Origin: an uncultured Candidatus Bathyarchaeia archaeon
GTDB taxonomy: Archaea > Thermoproteota > Bathyarchaeia > Bathyarchaeales > DTEX01
Length of the DNA stretch: 64,000 bases
Assembly: GCA_964431725.1 (NCBI GenBank)
Contig: CAYSKG010000003.1
Span: 2,215 to 66,214 of the forward strand
Reading direction: 5' to 3'
Shown here: piece after piece, positions 38,056-46,450 of the stretch
Layout: each line of letters opens with the position of its first letter
Position numbering within the stretch: the stretch's first letter is position 1
Position numbers and translations under genes: made by a program
Notes under the pieces: model-generated
Seen by the model: only the letters and a program-made list of their open reading frames with translations
Database searches by the model: none
What the model was told of the DNA's origin: nothing

Positions 38056-38253
38056 ATTAAATCAGAGGAGGCGGTAACCTTCAAAGTTAAATGCCCTGAA
38101 TGTGATGGTGAGATCGAAGTTCCTGAAGACGTCATATCAGGTGAAATAGTCAGCTGCCCGGACTGCGGCTTAGATTTAGAGGTTAAAGTGGAAGAGAACG
38201 GTGAAATAAGCCTTGAACCCGCCGAAATAGAGGGAGAAGACTGGGGCGAGTAA
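38056..38253 (+). CDS. lysW: LysW amino-group carrier protein (start codon uncertain), absent from the ORF track
   Basis: My manual translation gives ...FKVKCPECDGEIEVPEDVISGEIVSCPDCGLDLEVKVEENGEISLEPAEIEGEDWGE. It has a Zn ribbon plus the diagnostic C-terminal EDWGE and lies upstream of lysX. No ATG/GTG/TTG occurs in frame after the stop at 38050. Confidence 0.85.
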   Translation: MKSEEAVTFKVKCPECDGEIEVPEDVISGEIVSCPDCGLDLEVKVEENGEISLEPAEIEGEDWGE

Positions 38254-38259
38254 ACATAA

Positions 38260-39123
38260 ATGAGTAGAATAGGATTAGTGTATGATAGAATCAGATGGGA
38301 AGAAAAGGCGCTGATAGATGCTTCAAGAAATCTTGGGTTAGAGGTAAAACTAACGGATCTAAAAAAGATTTATTTAAACACTGCTGAAGAATGCAAGAAA
38401 GTTAGGAGCGAGTTCGGCGATTTAGTAATCCAGCGATGTATAAGCTACTTTAGAGGCTTACATATAACGGCTATATTAGAGAACTCTGGGCTTCAAGTAA
38501 TTAATCCCTTTAAAGTTTCTTTAATCTGCGGCAACAAGCTCTTCACGATCTTAGCCTTAATTAAAGCTGGACTCCCAGTTCCAAAAACGCTTATAGCCTT
38601 CACTAATGAGGGTGTAATGAAAGCTCTAGAAACTTTAGGTTATCCCGCTGTCTTGAAGCCTGTTGTAGGAAGCTGGGGTCGCCTTATAGCTCTAATTAAG
38701 GATAAGGAGACAGCGCAAGCTTTAATTGAAGCGCGAAGGGAAATACAAAATGCGCTCTTACACATATATTATCTTCAGGAGTACGTTAAGAGACCTCCAA
38801 GAGACATACGTCTTTTAACTATTGGAGATGAAGTTGTAGCGGCTGCATACCGTTACTCAGCTGAGGGAGATTGGAGAACCAATGTTGCTCGTGGGGGAAA
38901 AATGGAGCCATGTCCAATTACCGATGAACTTGCTGAACTTGCCATTAAAGCTTCGGAAGCTGTTGGCGGCGGCGTATTAGCAGTTGATTGTATGGAGTCT
39001 CCTGAGGGAACAGTTGTACACGAAATTAACAATACTCCCGAGTTTAAGGGATTATGCTCAGCAACTAAGATTAACATTCCTGAAAAAATTATTAAGTATG
39101 CTGTTAAGGTGTTGAAGAGATGA
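38260..39123 (+). CDS. lysX: LysX, RimK-type ATP-grasp ligase (alpha-aminoadipate/glutamate--LysW ligase)
   Basis: MSRIGLVYDRIRWEEKAL N-terminus, ATP-grasp motifs and operon context. Confidence 0.88.
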   Translation: MSRIGLVYDRIRWEEKALIDASRNLGLEVKLTDLKKIYLNTAEECKKVRSEFGDLVIQRCISYFRGLHITAILENSGLQVINPFKVSLICGNKLFTILALIKAGLPVPKTLIAFTNEGVMKALETLGYPAVLKPVVGSWGRLIALIKDKETAQALIEARREIQNALLHIYYLQEYVKRPPRDIRLLTIGDEVVAAAYRYSAEGDWRTNVARGGKMEPCPITDELAELAIKASEAVGGGVLAVDCMESPEGTVVHEINNTPEFKGLCSATKINIPEKIIKYAVKVLKR

Positions 39124-40172
39124 GAGTTGGTATTTTCGGTGCTTCCGGATATGTTGGCGGCGAGCTTCTACGATTGTTATTGGCGCATCCTAAAGTTGAA
39201 GTTACCGCCGCCACATCAAATACCTATGCTGGCGAATATATTTACAGGGTGCATCCGAATCTTAGAGGTCAAACAAAGCTTAAATTCATTAAGTCTGAAC
39301 CAGATAAGGTAAGTGATCTATGCGATATACTCTTTGTGGCAACACCACACGGAGTTTCATCATCTTTCATACCGCAGCTTATCGATAGCGACCTAAAAAT
39401 AATTGATATGAGCGCTGACTTCAGGCTAAAGAATCCAAGTGATTATATAAAGTGGTATGGTTGGGAGCATAGTAACCCAGATTTGCTCAGAAAAGCTGTT
39501 TATGGACTACCAGAGTTACATAGGGATGAAATAAAGCAAGCAAAGCTTATAGCTGTTCCAGGCTGCATGGCTACAGCTGGCATATTAGCGTTGGCGCCAA
39601 TAATTAAATCCAATAAGATTGACAGGAATAGGATAGTTATTGATTTTAAGGTTGGTTCATCGGGTGCTGGTGCTAAACCCACACGTTCCTCCCATCATTC
39701 TGAACACTATAGTATTGTTAGACCATACAAGCCTGTTGGGCATAGACATACGGCTGAAATTGAACAGGAACTGAGTTTACTCTGCAACGATAAAGTCAGA
39801 GTTGCTATGTCAGCTCACGCTGTTAACATGGTCAGAGGCATATTATCTACATGCCATGTTTTCTTGAAAGAACCTATAAAGCTGATCGATGTTTGGCGCT
39901 CATATAGAGAATTTTATGCTGGTGAACCGTTTATCAGATTTGTGAGAGATGTTAAGGGAATTTTCAGATATCCGGATCCAAAGATAGTTGTAGGCTCAAA
40001 CTACTGCGATTTAGGTTTTGAAATAGATAAACACGCGAATAGACTTGTGATTTTATCAGCGATTGACAATCTCATGAAGGGAGCCGCCGGAACAGCTGTT
40101 CAAGATATGAATATTATATGTGGTTGGGACGAGAGAGAAGGACTAAATTATTCTGCTCCTCATCCCATCTAA
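39120..40172 (+). CDS. lysY: LysY/ArgC, [LysW]-aminoadipate/glutamate semialdehyde dehydrogenase
   Basis: GASGYVGGEL NAD motif and active-site PGCMATAG. Confidence 0.88.
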   Translation: MRVGIFGASGYVGGELLRLLLAHPKVEVTAATSNTYAGEYIYRVHPNLRGQTKLKFIKSEPDKVSDLCDILFVATPHGVSSSFIPQLIDSDLKIIDMSADFRLKNPSDYIKWYGWEHSNPDLLRKAVYGLPELHRDEIKQAKLIAVPGCMATAGILALAPIIKSNKIDRNRIVIDFKVGSSGAGAKPTRSSHHSEHYSIVRPYKPVGHRHTAEIEQELSLLCNDKVRVAMSAHAVNMVRGILSTCHVFLKEPIKLIDVWRSYREFYAGEPFIRFVRDVKGIFRYPDPKIVVGSNYCDLGFEIDKHANRLVILSAIDNLMKGAAGTAVQDMNIICGWDEREGLNYSAPHPI

Positions 40173-40197
40173 ACCCATTTTAACAAGAGGGAAAAAC

Positions 40198-41004
40198 ATG
40201 ATAGTTTTAAAGGTTGGTGGGGACATATTTAAGAGAGGACTTAATAGACCTCTAGCTGACGATATAAAAAGGATTCTAGAAAAAGATAGGCTAATTATAG
40301 TTCATGGAGGGGGAGACGAAGTTACTGAAATCGCTGAGAAACTTGGAAAAAAACAGATTTTCATTACTTCGCCTAAAGGCATTAGAAGTAGATATACAGA
40401 TGGAGAAACTGTGGAAATATACACTATGGTTATGGCTGGTAGAATAAACAAGGCGATTGTGAGATGGCTTTTAAGCGAGGGGATGCCAGCCATTGGCTTA
40501 TCAGGCATAGATGGGGCGTTGATGGTGGCGAAAAGGAAGAAAAAACTCATAATAATTGATGAGAGAGGCAGAAAGCGCATAATTGATGGAGGATTCACTG
40601 GTAAAATAATTAGGGTTAACTCTAAACTGCTTAAGGTTCTCCTTGAAAACGGATATCTTCCAGTAATATCGCCAGTAGCTATAGGTGAAGAAAACGAGTA
40701 CTTAAATGTTGACAGTGATAGAGCTGCTGGACAAATAGCTGGAGCGCTAAAAGCGGATAAAGTAATTTTCCTAACGGATGTTCCAGGCATACGTCTAGGT
40801 GGACAATATGTTAATATGCTTTCTTTAAATGAAGCGAGGGAAATTCTGCCTAAAATGGGTCCAGGCATGGATAAGAAGGTTATCGCTTCCATAGAGGCTC
40901 TGGAAGCGGGCGTTAAAGAAGCTATTATAGCCTGCGGCTTAATTGATAATCCCGTATCAACCGCTCTGAATAGATTAAACGGCACGGTGATAACCGCTGA
41001 ATGA
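40198..41004 (+). CDS. lysZ: LysZ/ArgB, amino-acid kinase family
   Basis: VLKVGG...VHGGG acetylglutamate-kinase pattern, 268 aa. Confidence 0.88.
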   Translation: MIVLKVGGDIFKRGLNRPLADDIKRILEKDRLIIVHGGGDEVTEIAEKLGKKQIFITSPKGIRSRYTDGETVEIYTMVMAGRINKAIVRWLLSEGMPAIGLSGIDGALMVAKRKKKLIIIDERGRKRIIDGGFTGKIIRVNSKLLKVLLENGYLPVISPVAIGEENEYLNVDSDRAAGQIAGALKADKVIFLTDVPGIRLGGQYVNMLSLNEAREILPKMGPGMDKKVIASIEALEAGVKEAIIACGLIDNPVSTALNRLNGTVITAE

Positions 41005-42202
41005 AAAAGAATTAATTGCTATCGAAAATTCTTATCTAGCAAGCGTCTACCATAAGTTTCCAATATGCGCCGTTAAAGGTAGGGGGGCGATTCTTTATGA
41101 TGCGAATGGTAGATCCTATATTGATTGTATGGGGGGTTATGGAGTAAGCCTAATTGGGCACTGTCATCCAAAAGTTGTTAAAGCCATAAAGGAGCAGTGT
41201 GAAAAGCTTATAGCATGTCACGGATCCCTTTATAACGATAAGAGGGCTGAACTCTTAGAGAAACTTGCTAGGATAGCTCCTAATAAATTAAATAAAATTT
41301 TCCTATCTAATAGCGGAGCTGAAGCCGTCGAATGCGCCATAAAAGCCGCTGTGAAGTATACTGGTAAAAGCGAGATTATAAGCATGGTTAGAGGCTTCCA
41401 CGGTAAGACGCTGGGCGCTCTATCAGCAACATGGAATCCGAAATACCGCAAATCCTTCAAGCGGATTTTAAACCCAAACTTTAAATTCACGCCTTTCGGC
41501 AAGCTTGATAGAGTCAGGGAAGCTGTAACCGAGAAGACTGCCGCAATAATTGTTGAACCAATCCAAGGTGAGGGGGGAATTCACGTTCCACCTCAAGACT
41601 TTTTAGGTGGCTTAAGAAAAATCTGCGATGAAAAGGAAATCGTGTTGATTTTTGATGAAGTTCAAACAGGTTTTGGAAGAACTGGACGGATGTGGGCTTC
41701 AGAGCATTGGAATGTTACTCCGGATATAATGTGTATTGCTAAAGCCATGGGCGGCGGAATGCCGATAGCTGCAACAATCGCTAGAGACGAGATTATGAGT
41801 TCTCTTAAAATCGGCGAGCACACAAGCACTTTTGGCGGAAATCCGCTTGCATGCGCAGCTGCATGCGCAACAATAGATGTGATAATAGAGGAAAGACTTG
41901 TTGAAAGAGCTCGAGAACTAGGAGACAGGTTTAAGAGCATGCTTCAAGAGCTTGTAGATGAGTTTAGAATTCTTAGGGAAGTGCGTGGTTTAGGCTTAAT
42001 GCTTGGATTAGAAGCGAGAATAGACATTTATAATATATTGATGAAGGCTTTAAAGAAAGGCGTAATACTCCTATATTCCGGTCGGAACGTGATTCGTTTT
42101 CTTCCGCCACTTGTAATAAGCATGGATCAGCTTGAGAGAGTCGTTGAGGTTCTGAGAGAAATTATTTCAGAAGAAGAGAAGAAAATTTTAGGCTCTAAAT
42201 GA
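40997..42202 (+). CDS. lysJ: LysJ/ArgD, class-III aminotransferase (true start unresolved)
   Basis: The conserved N-terminal EKELIAIENSYLASVYHKFPICAVKGRGAILYDANGRSYIDC lies upstream of the first in-frame ATG (41129). The frame opens at 40994. CTG 40997 follows GGTGAT, and ATG 41001 is in another frame across an A5 run. Confidence 0.85.
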   Translation: MNEKELIAIENSYLASVYHKFPICAVKGRGAILYDANGRSYIDCMGGYGVSLIGHCHPKVVKAIKEQCEKLIACHGSLYNDKRAELLEKLARIAPNKLNKIFLSNSGAEAVECAIKAAVKYTGKSEIISMVRGFHGKTLGALSATWNPKYRKSFKRILNPNFKFTPFGKLDRVREAVTEKTAAIIVEPIQGEGGIHVPPQDFLGGLRKICDEKEIVLIFDEVQTGFGRTGRMWASEHWNVTPDIMCIAKAMGGGMPIAATIARDEIMSSLKIGEHTSTFGGNPLACAAACATIDVIIEERLVERARELGDRFKSMLQELVDEFRILREVRGLGLMLGLEARIDIYNILMKALKKGVILLYSGRNVIRFLPPLVISMDQLERVVEVLREIISEEEKKILGSK

Positions 42203-42220
42203 TTATTTAAGTGACTAAAT

Positions 42221-43339
42221 ATGACTTATAACCACCATTATTCAATAAATCTGCTCAAAAAAATGCTAGAGATTTACAGTCCAAGTGGAAAAGAGAAGAA
42301 TCTCTCTTCTTTTTTATTTAACGAATTTGAAAGCACACGTTTTGAAAGAGTTTGGATGGATAAAGCTGGTAATGTTTACGGCGAAATTGGATCAGGGACT
42401 CCGGCGGTTCTCTTATGTGGGCATATGGATACTGTTCCGGGATGGATACCGGTTAAAATTGAGGGAGGGAAGCTTTTTGGTAGGGGAGCAGTAGATGCGA
42501 AAGCATCTTTAGCCGCGATGATCAGCGCTGCTTTAAATCTTGAATCAGAAATGTCAAGGGGTAAAATCATAGTTGCATGTGTTGTTGATGAAGAAGGAAA
42601 AGGTAAAGGAATTAAGCAGCTTATACATGAAAATATCAGCGTTAATTATGCAATCTTCGGCGAGCCAAGTGGAATAAAAAATATAACATTCGCATATAAA
42701 GGTCATCTCAAACTTAAGATCAGCTGTAAAACTATGACTGGACATGTAGGTGCTCAACATCTTCTGCCTAACGCTATTGAAAAAGGTTTTGAATTATGGA
42801 ATAAAATAAAAAATATTTGTGAACAAAAGTATAAGTCTCCATTCGGAATATTCTATTCGCTGACGCCCACTCTAGTTGGCATTTCAAGCCGAAGAACAAC
42901 AGGAAGCATACCAGATAAATGCACTCTGAATATTGATTTAAGACTTCCACCGACCATTAATTGCCGAAAAGCTATGAAAATCATTGGTAATTTAATTGAA
43001 GATTTCCGTAAGGAAAACTATGGATTAACAGTTAATCTTAGAGTTACTAATAGAGTTGAACCTTATGTAGCAAGAAGAGACACGATTGTTGTGAAAGCTT
43101 TAAAGGAAGCAATTTTTGAGGAGATTGGAGAAGAGGCAAAGCTACTTAGAAAAACCGGAACAGGAGACATGAATATCTTTGGAACATACTTCAAGATTCC
43201 AGTTGCAACCTACGGTCCGGGAAACTCTACTCTAAGCCACACTTTCAATGAGTATATAAATATCAAAGAGTATTTAACGAGTATAAAAATCTATAAGAGG
43301 GCTGTAAAAAAAATCTTAGAGTCAGCATGTAGAACATAA
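42221..43339 (+). CDS. lysK: LysK/ArgE, M20 metallopeptidase ([LysW]-lysine/ornithine hydrolase)
   Basis: LLCGHMDTVP, GRGAVDAKAS, VDEEG, 372 aa. Confidence 0.85.
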   Translation: MTYNHHYSINLLKKMLEIYSPSGKEKNLSSFLFNEFESTRFERVWMDKAGNVYGEIGSGTPAVLLCGHMDTVPGWIPVKIEGGKLFGRGAVDAKASLAAMISAALNLESEMSRGKIIVACVVDEEGKGKGIKQLIHENISVNYAIFGEPSGIKNITFAYKGHLKLKISCKTMTGHVGAQHLLPNAIEKGFELWNKIKNICEQKYKSPFGIFYSLTPTLVGISSRRTTGSIPDKCTLNIDLRLPPTINCRKAMKIIGNLIEDFRKENYGLTVNLRVTNRVEPYVARRDTIVVKALKEAIFEEIGEEAKLLRKTGTGDMNIFGTYFKIPVATYGPGNSTLSHTFNEYINIKEYLTSIKIYKRAVKKILESACRT

Positions 43340-43383
43340 ATTGACAGATTTATTAGGGAAGAGTGGAAGGGGAGTACTCATAG

Positions 43384-44373
43384 ATGATACCTATTTATGA
43401 TGAAAATAGACCGTCTAAAAGGCCCTATGTAAATTACATGCTAATAATTATTAATGTGATAGTTTTCTTCTTCTTTTTTATGCGAGGTTTACATGCTTTT
43501 AAAGCAGCCATTATAGAGTATGGTGCTATTCCAGCTCTAATTCTGAGGGGGGAACATCCAGAAACTCTTTTCACGAGTATGTTTATGCATGCTGACCTAT
43601 TACATTTACTGGGTAACATGCTTTATCTTTGGATTTTTGGAGATAATGTTGAAGATGCTTTTGGACACATAAAATATTTGATTTTTTATTTAGTTGGCGG
43701 TTTGTTTGCAGACTTAGCCCATATAGCTTCAACTCTTCTATCGGTTTATACAAGTCCAATTTACTATGTGATCGGGGATCTCTGGACGCCGACGGTTGGG
43801 GCTTCAGGGGCGATCTCAGCGGTTCTAGGGGCATATATGCTTTTATATCCTAACGCCAGAATAAAAACAGTTGTATTCTATATTTTCATTACGATAATCA
43901 GCGTACCAGCCTACTATTATTTAGGTTTTTGGTTCATTTACCAATTGCTTATGGGTGCGATATCATTAAGCGGCATTACATCCGGCGTAGCTTTCTGGGC
44001 GCATATAGGCGGCTTCGTTTTTGGATTAATGACCGTGAAAGCCTTCAATATTAAACCTAGAAAAAGAGCTGTTACCAGAAAGGAAGTAGCTCATAAGCCT
44101 GTGCGACCTATAGTTGCTCCATGGGTTAGAGCTCCGCTTGTGGACATTCGTGTTGAGCCGGATAGGGTTATTGTGATGGCTTACATGCCTGGTGTTAAGA
44201 AAGAGGATATAAGGTTATCGGTCTCTGAGTGGGAAGTTGTGATAGCTGCCGAACGTGAAGAGGTGAGATTTTATAAGCATCTGGTGTTACCAGTTCCAGT
44301 TATACCGGAGGTTGTGGACCTCACCTATAGAAACGGGGTACTTAGCTTCACGCTTTACAGAATATTGATTTAG
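43384..44373 (+). CDS. Rhomboid intramembrane serine protease fused to a C-terminal Hsp20/alpha-crystallin domain
   Basis: Rhomboid motifs HADLLHLLGNMLYLWIFG, GASGAISAVLGAY and AHIGGFVFG. After a basic linker there is an ACD-like PLVDIRVEPDRVIVMAYMPGVKKEDIRLSV...LTYRNGVLSFTL. Confidence 0.75.
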   Translation: MIPIYDENRPSKRPYVNYMLIIINVIVFFFFFMRGLHAFKAAIIEYGAIPALILRGEHPETLFTSMFMHADLLHLLGNMLYLWIFGDNVEDAFGHIKYLIFYLVGGLFADLAHIASTLLSVYTSPIYYVIGDLWTPTVGASGAISAVLGAYMLLYPNARIKTVVFYIFITIISVPAYYYLGFWFIYQLLMGAISLSGITSGVAFWAHIGGFVFGLMTVKAFNIKPRKRAVTRKEVAHKPVRPIVAPWVRAPLVDIRVEPDRVIVMAYMPGVKKEDIRLSVSEWEVVIAAEREEVRFYKHLVLPVPVIPEVVDLTYRNGVLSFTLYRILI

Positions 44374-44494
44374 GAAAATTTGAATCATAACCTTTAAAAA
44401 GAGTTAAAAAGTCGGGAAATTAACATTATTCTACTGAAAAATGGAAGCACATTAGAGAAGCCTTCTCCCTCGGCAAGTAAGGAGAGAAATATGA

Positions 44495-44698
44495 TTGGCA
44501 GATGATTACATAATATTCGCTTGTCCTAAATGCAAGATGATTAGATACGCTAAAGAGGGGCAAAAAACTGCTAAATGTCTGAAATGCGGCTATCAGATTC
44601 AAGTTAATCCATATAAAATTAGAGTGTTGGCTAGGGCTAAAAACGTTAGGGAAGCTATTGAGATAGTTAAACTATTTAAAATTAATAAGAGAATATAA
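44495..44698 (+). CDS. Small Zn-ribbon protein (DUF1922-like)
   Basis: 67 aa, CPKC...CLKCG ribbon, basic helical tail. Confidence 0.5.
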   Translation: MADDYIIFACPKCKMIRYAKEGQKTAKCLKCGYQIQVNPYKIRVLARAKNVREAIEIVKLFKINKRI

Positions 44699-44805
44699 CA
44701 ATCATTTACCTAAAGAAAAGTTATGGAGAGCTATCTCGAAAAAGTAGGGAGAGAATACAGATATTGTCTAAGAAGAAAAATAGTAGGGGCGATAGAGTAC
44801 GTTTG

Positions 44806-45138
44806 ATGGCTGACTTATTGAGGAGCGGCGCTACTCTAACTAATCTTTCATGCCCAGTTTGCGCATCACCCATATTTAGGCTTAAAAGCGGCGAACTATG
44901 GTGCGCACAATGCCAGAAAAAGGTGGTAGTTGTCAGAGAGGAGGAGGAAGCTAGAAAAATTGAAGCTCTATCAACACTTAGCCAAGTTGAGACAACTATT
45001 CTAATGAAAATTTGGGAAATTAATGAAAAACTTAAAAATGAAGGTGATCTTAAGGAGATTCAGCATCTGAGCTCCGTGTTATCTATTTTATTAGATGATC
45101 TCGAAAAATTAAAGAGAATTGGAAAGATTAAAGGATAA
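44806..45138 (+). CDS. UPF0148 / autoantigen-p27-like Zn-ribbon protein
   Basis: MADLLRSGATLTNLSCPVCASPIFRLKSGELWCAQC followed by a coiled coil. The ORF track begins at TTG 44764. Confidence 0.6.
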   Translation: MADLLRSGATLTNLSCPVCASPIFRLKSGELWCAQCQKKVVVVREEEEARKIEALSTLSQVETTILMKIWEINEKLKNEGDLKEIQHLSSVLSILLDDLEKLKRIGKIKG

Positions 45139-45143
45139 AAGGG

Positions 45144-45683
45144 ATGAAATTTAAAAGAACTCTTGGAATTTACGAAGGATTTCCAAACGTTTATCATGGT
45201 ATCGCTAGATTTGAATTTAACACTTTCTTAGATGAACTGCAAATTGCTATTTTAAATTCAATCTATAAGTTGAATGGGAAGCAGGTGAACAGTAATTTAG
45301 CTACTTTAGTTGGATCCGATAATGTGGAGATTATATTTGAAGCTGGAGTGGCGGATGGATTAACATTTAATTACATTGATAATGAGGAGCTGAAAATTCT
45401 TATTGAAGAGGTTAATAAAGAACCTTTCAATACGCTTGACCTTTTTTGCATTATAAGATATTATGCGCTTAAGGAGGGGAAAAGAAGAGCCCTAAGATTT
45501 GACTATTATTTTCTCAGATTTCTATTCGGTAGCAGAGAATTTGAAATTCAGGTGTTTCATGAAAAAGGATTACAACGCATATCAGTAAAAGAACTTATAA
45601 AATTTTTGATAAAGAAGATAAATCTAGAATTAGCTAAAAGTAAAAAGGGTTTTATAAAGATTAGATATCTAAAAACTTGGTGA
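45144..45683 (+). CDS. Hypothetical protein, 179 aa
   Basis: The ORF is 5 nt downstream of the p27-like gene, and its codon usage looks like that of its neighbours. No family recognised. Confidence 0.45.
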   Translation: MKFKRTLGIYEGFPNVYHGIARFEFNTFLDELQIAILNSIYKLNGKQVNSNLATLVGSDNVEIIFEAGVADGLTFNYIDNEELKILIEEVNKEPFNTLDLFCIIRYYALKEGKRRALRFDYYFLRFLFGSREFEIQVFHEKGLQRISVKELIKFLIKKINLELAKSKKGFIKIRYLKTW

Positions 45684-45691
45684 CAATCGTT

Positions 45692-46291
45692 CTAAAGTTT
45701 CAATCTTTTAAGAACAATATTCTGAATACTCTGTGAAACCACCTTTATTGGGCGGGTTCCATCAACCAGCACAAGCTTTCCATCCCTAACAAGCTTCATA
45801 TAAATTTCATGAACTCTCATCTGTATTTCAGGGAACTCCATAACTGATTTTATCCGTCTCTTCCTGCATCTCTCTATTATAATGTTTATTGGAACATCTA
45901 AATAGATTGCTAAGTCGGGTTCAGGCACCATCTTGTTTATTTCCTTTAGCCACTTCATATCTAGACCAGCAGCACCCTGATAGGCAAATGAAGAATAAAT
46001 ATATCTATCTGAGACAACTATCTTCCCTTTTTCAAGCATAGGTTTTATTTCTCTCTCTACGTGATCGATTCTATCAGCTGCAAATAGAAGAGCCTCTATT
46101 AAAGCTGATACGCGTTTCCGCCTTTTCAGAATATAACGTTTTATGAATTTTCCAATATCACCAGTACTAGGCTCGGTTGTGTATACAGCATCAAGCCCTC
46201 TACTTTTAAGAGCTTTAACTAGAAGGCGTGACTGAGTTGTCTTACCGCTTCTATCAAGCCCCTCTATGCAAATTAGCCAACCTTTCCCCAC
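45692..46291 (-). CDS. tmk: Thymidylate kinase
   Basis: ICIEGLDRSGKTTQ P-loop, DRY motif (SDRYIYSS), 199 aa. Confidence 0.88.
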   Translation of the reverse strand: MGKGWLICIEGLDRSGKTTQSRLLVKALKSRGLDAVYTTEPSTGDIGKFIKRYILKRRKRVSALIEALLFAADRIDHVEREIKPMLEKGKIVVSDRYIYSSFAYQGAAGLDMKWLKEINKMVPEPDLAIYLDVPINIIIERCRKRRIKSVMEFPEIQMRVHEIYMKLVRDGKLVLVDGTRPIKVVSQSIQNIVLKRLKL

Positions 46292-46450
46292 GCTTTATCA
46301 ACCCCATTATTCAAGTATTTAAGCTATACCGAGCAAATTCATTAAACATAATTTCAAAAAATCTATTTAAATAAAACAGTTTACAATATGGAGGATGCTG
46401 TAAAAGTTAAATACGGAGAAATAGTTTTGATAAAATGGAGGTACTGAGTT

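Noticed and set aside
40302-40985. 227-aa ORF on the minus strand
   Set aside because: It is entirely antisense to the well-supported lysZ gene. Its composition is low-complexity and Ser/Pro/Ile-rich with no motifs, which is typical of a shadow ORF of an AT-rich coding region.
41001-41009. Programmed -1 ribosomal frameshift at the lysZ/lysJ junction (dnaX-like A AAA AAG)
   Set aside because: Only five A residues precede the G (G AAA AAG), so the classical X XXY YYZ heptamer is incomplete. The shift would have to occur two codons after initiation. A homopolymer indel or a CTG start is more parsimonious, and I report it as such.
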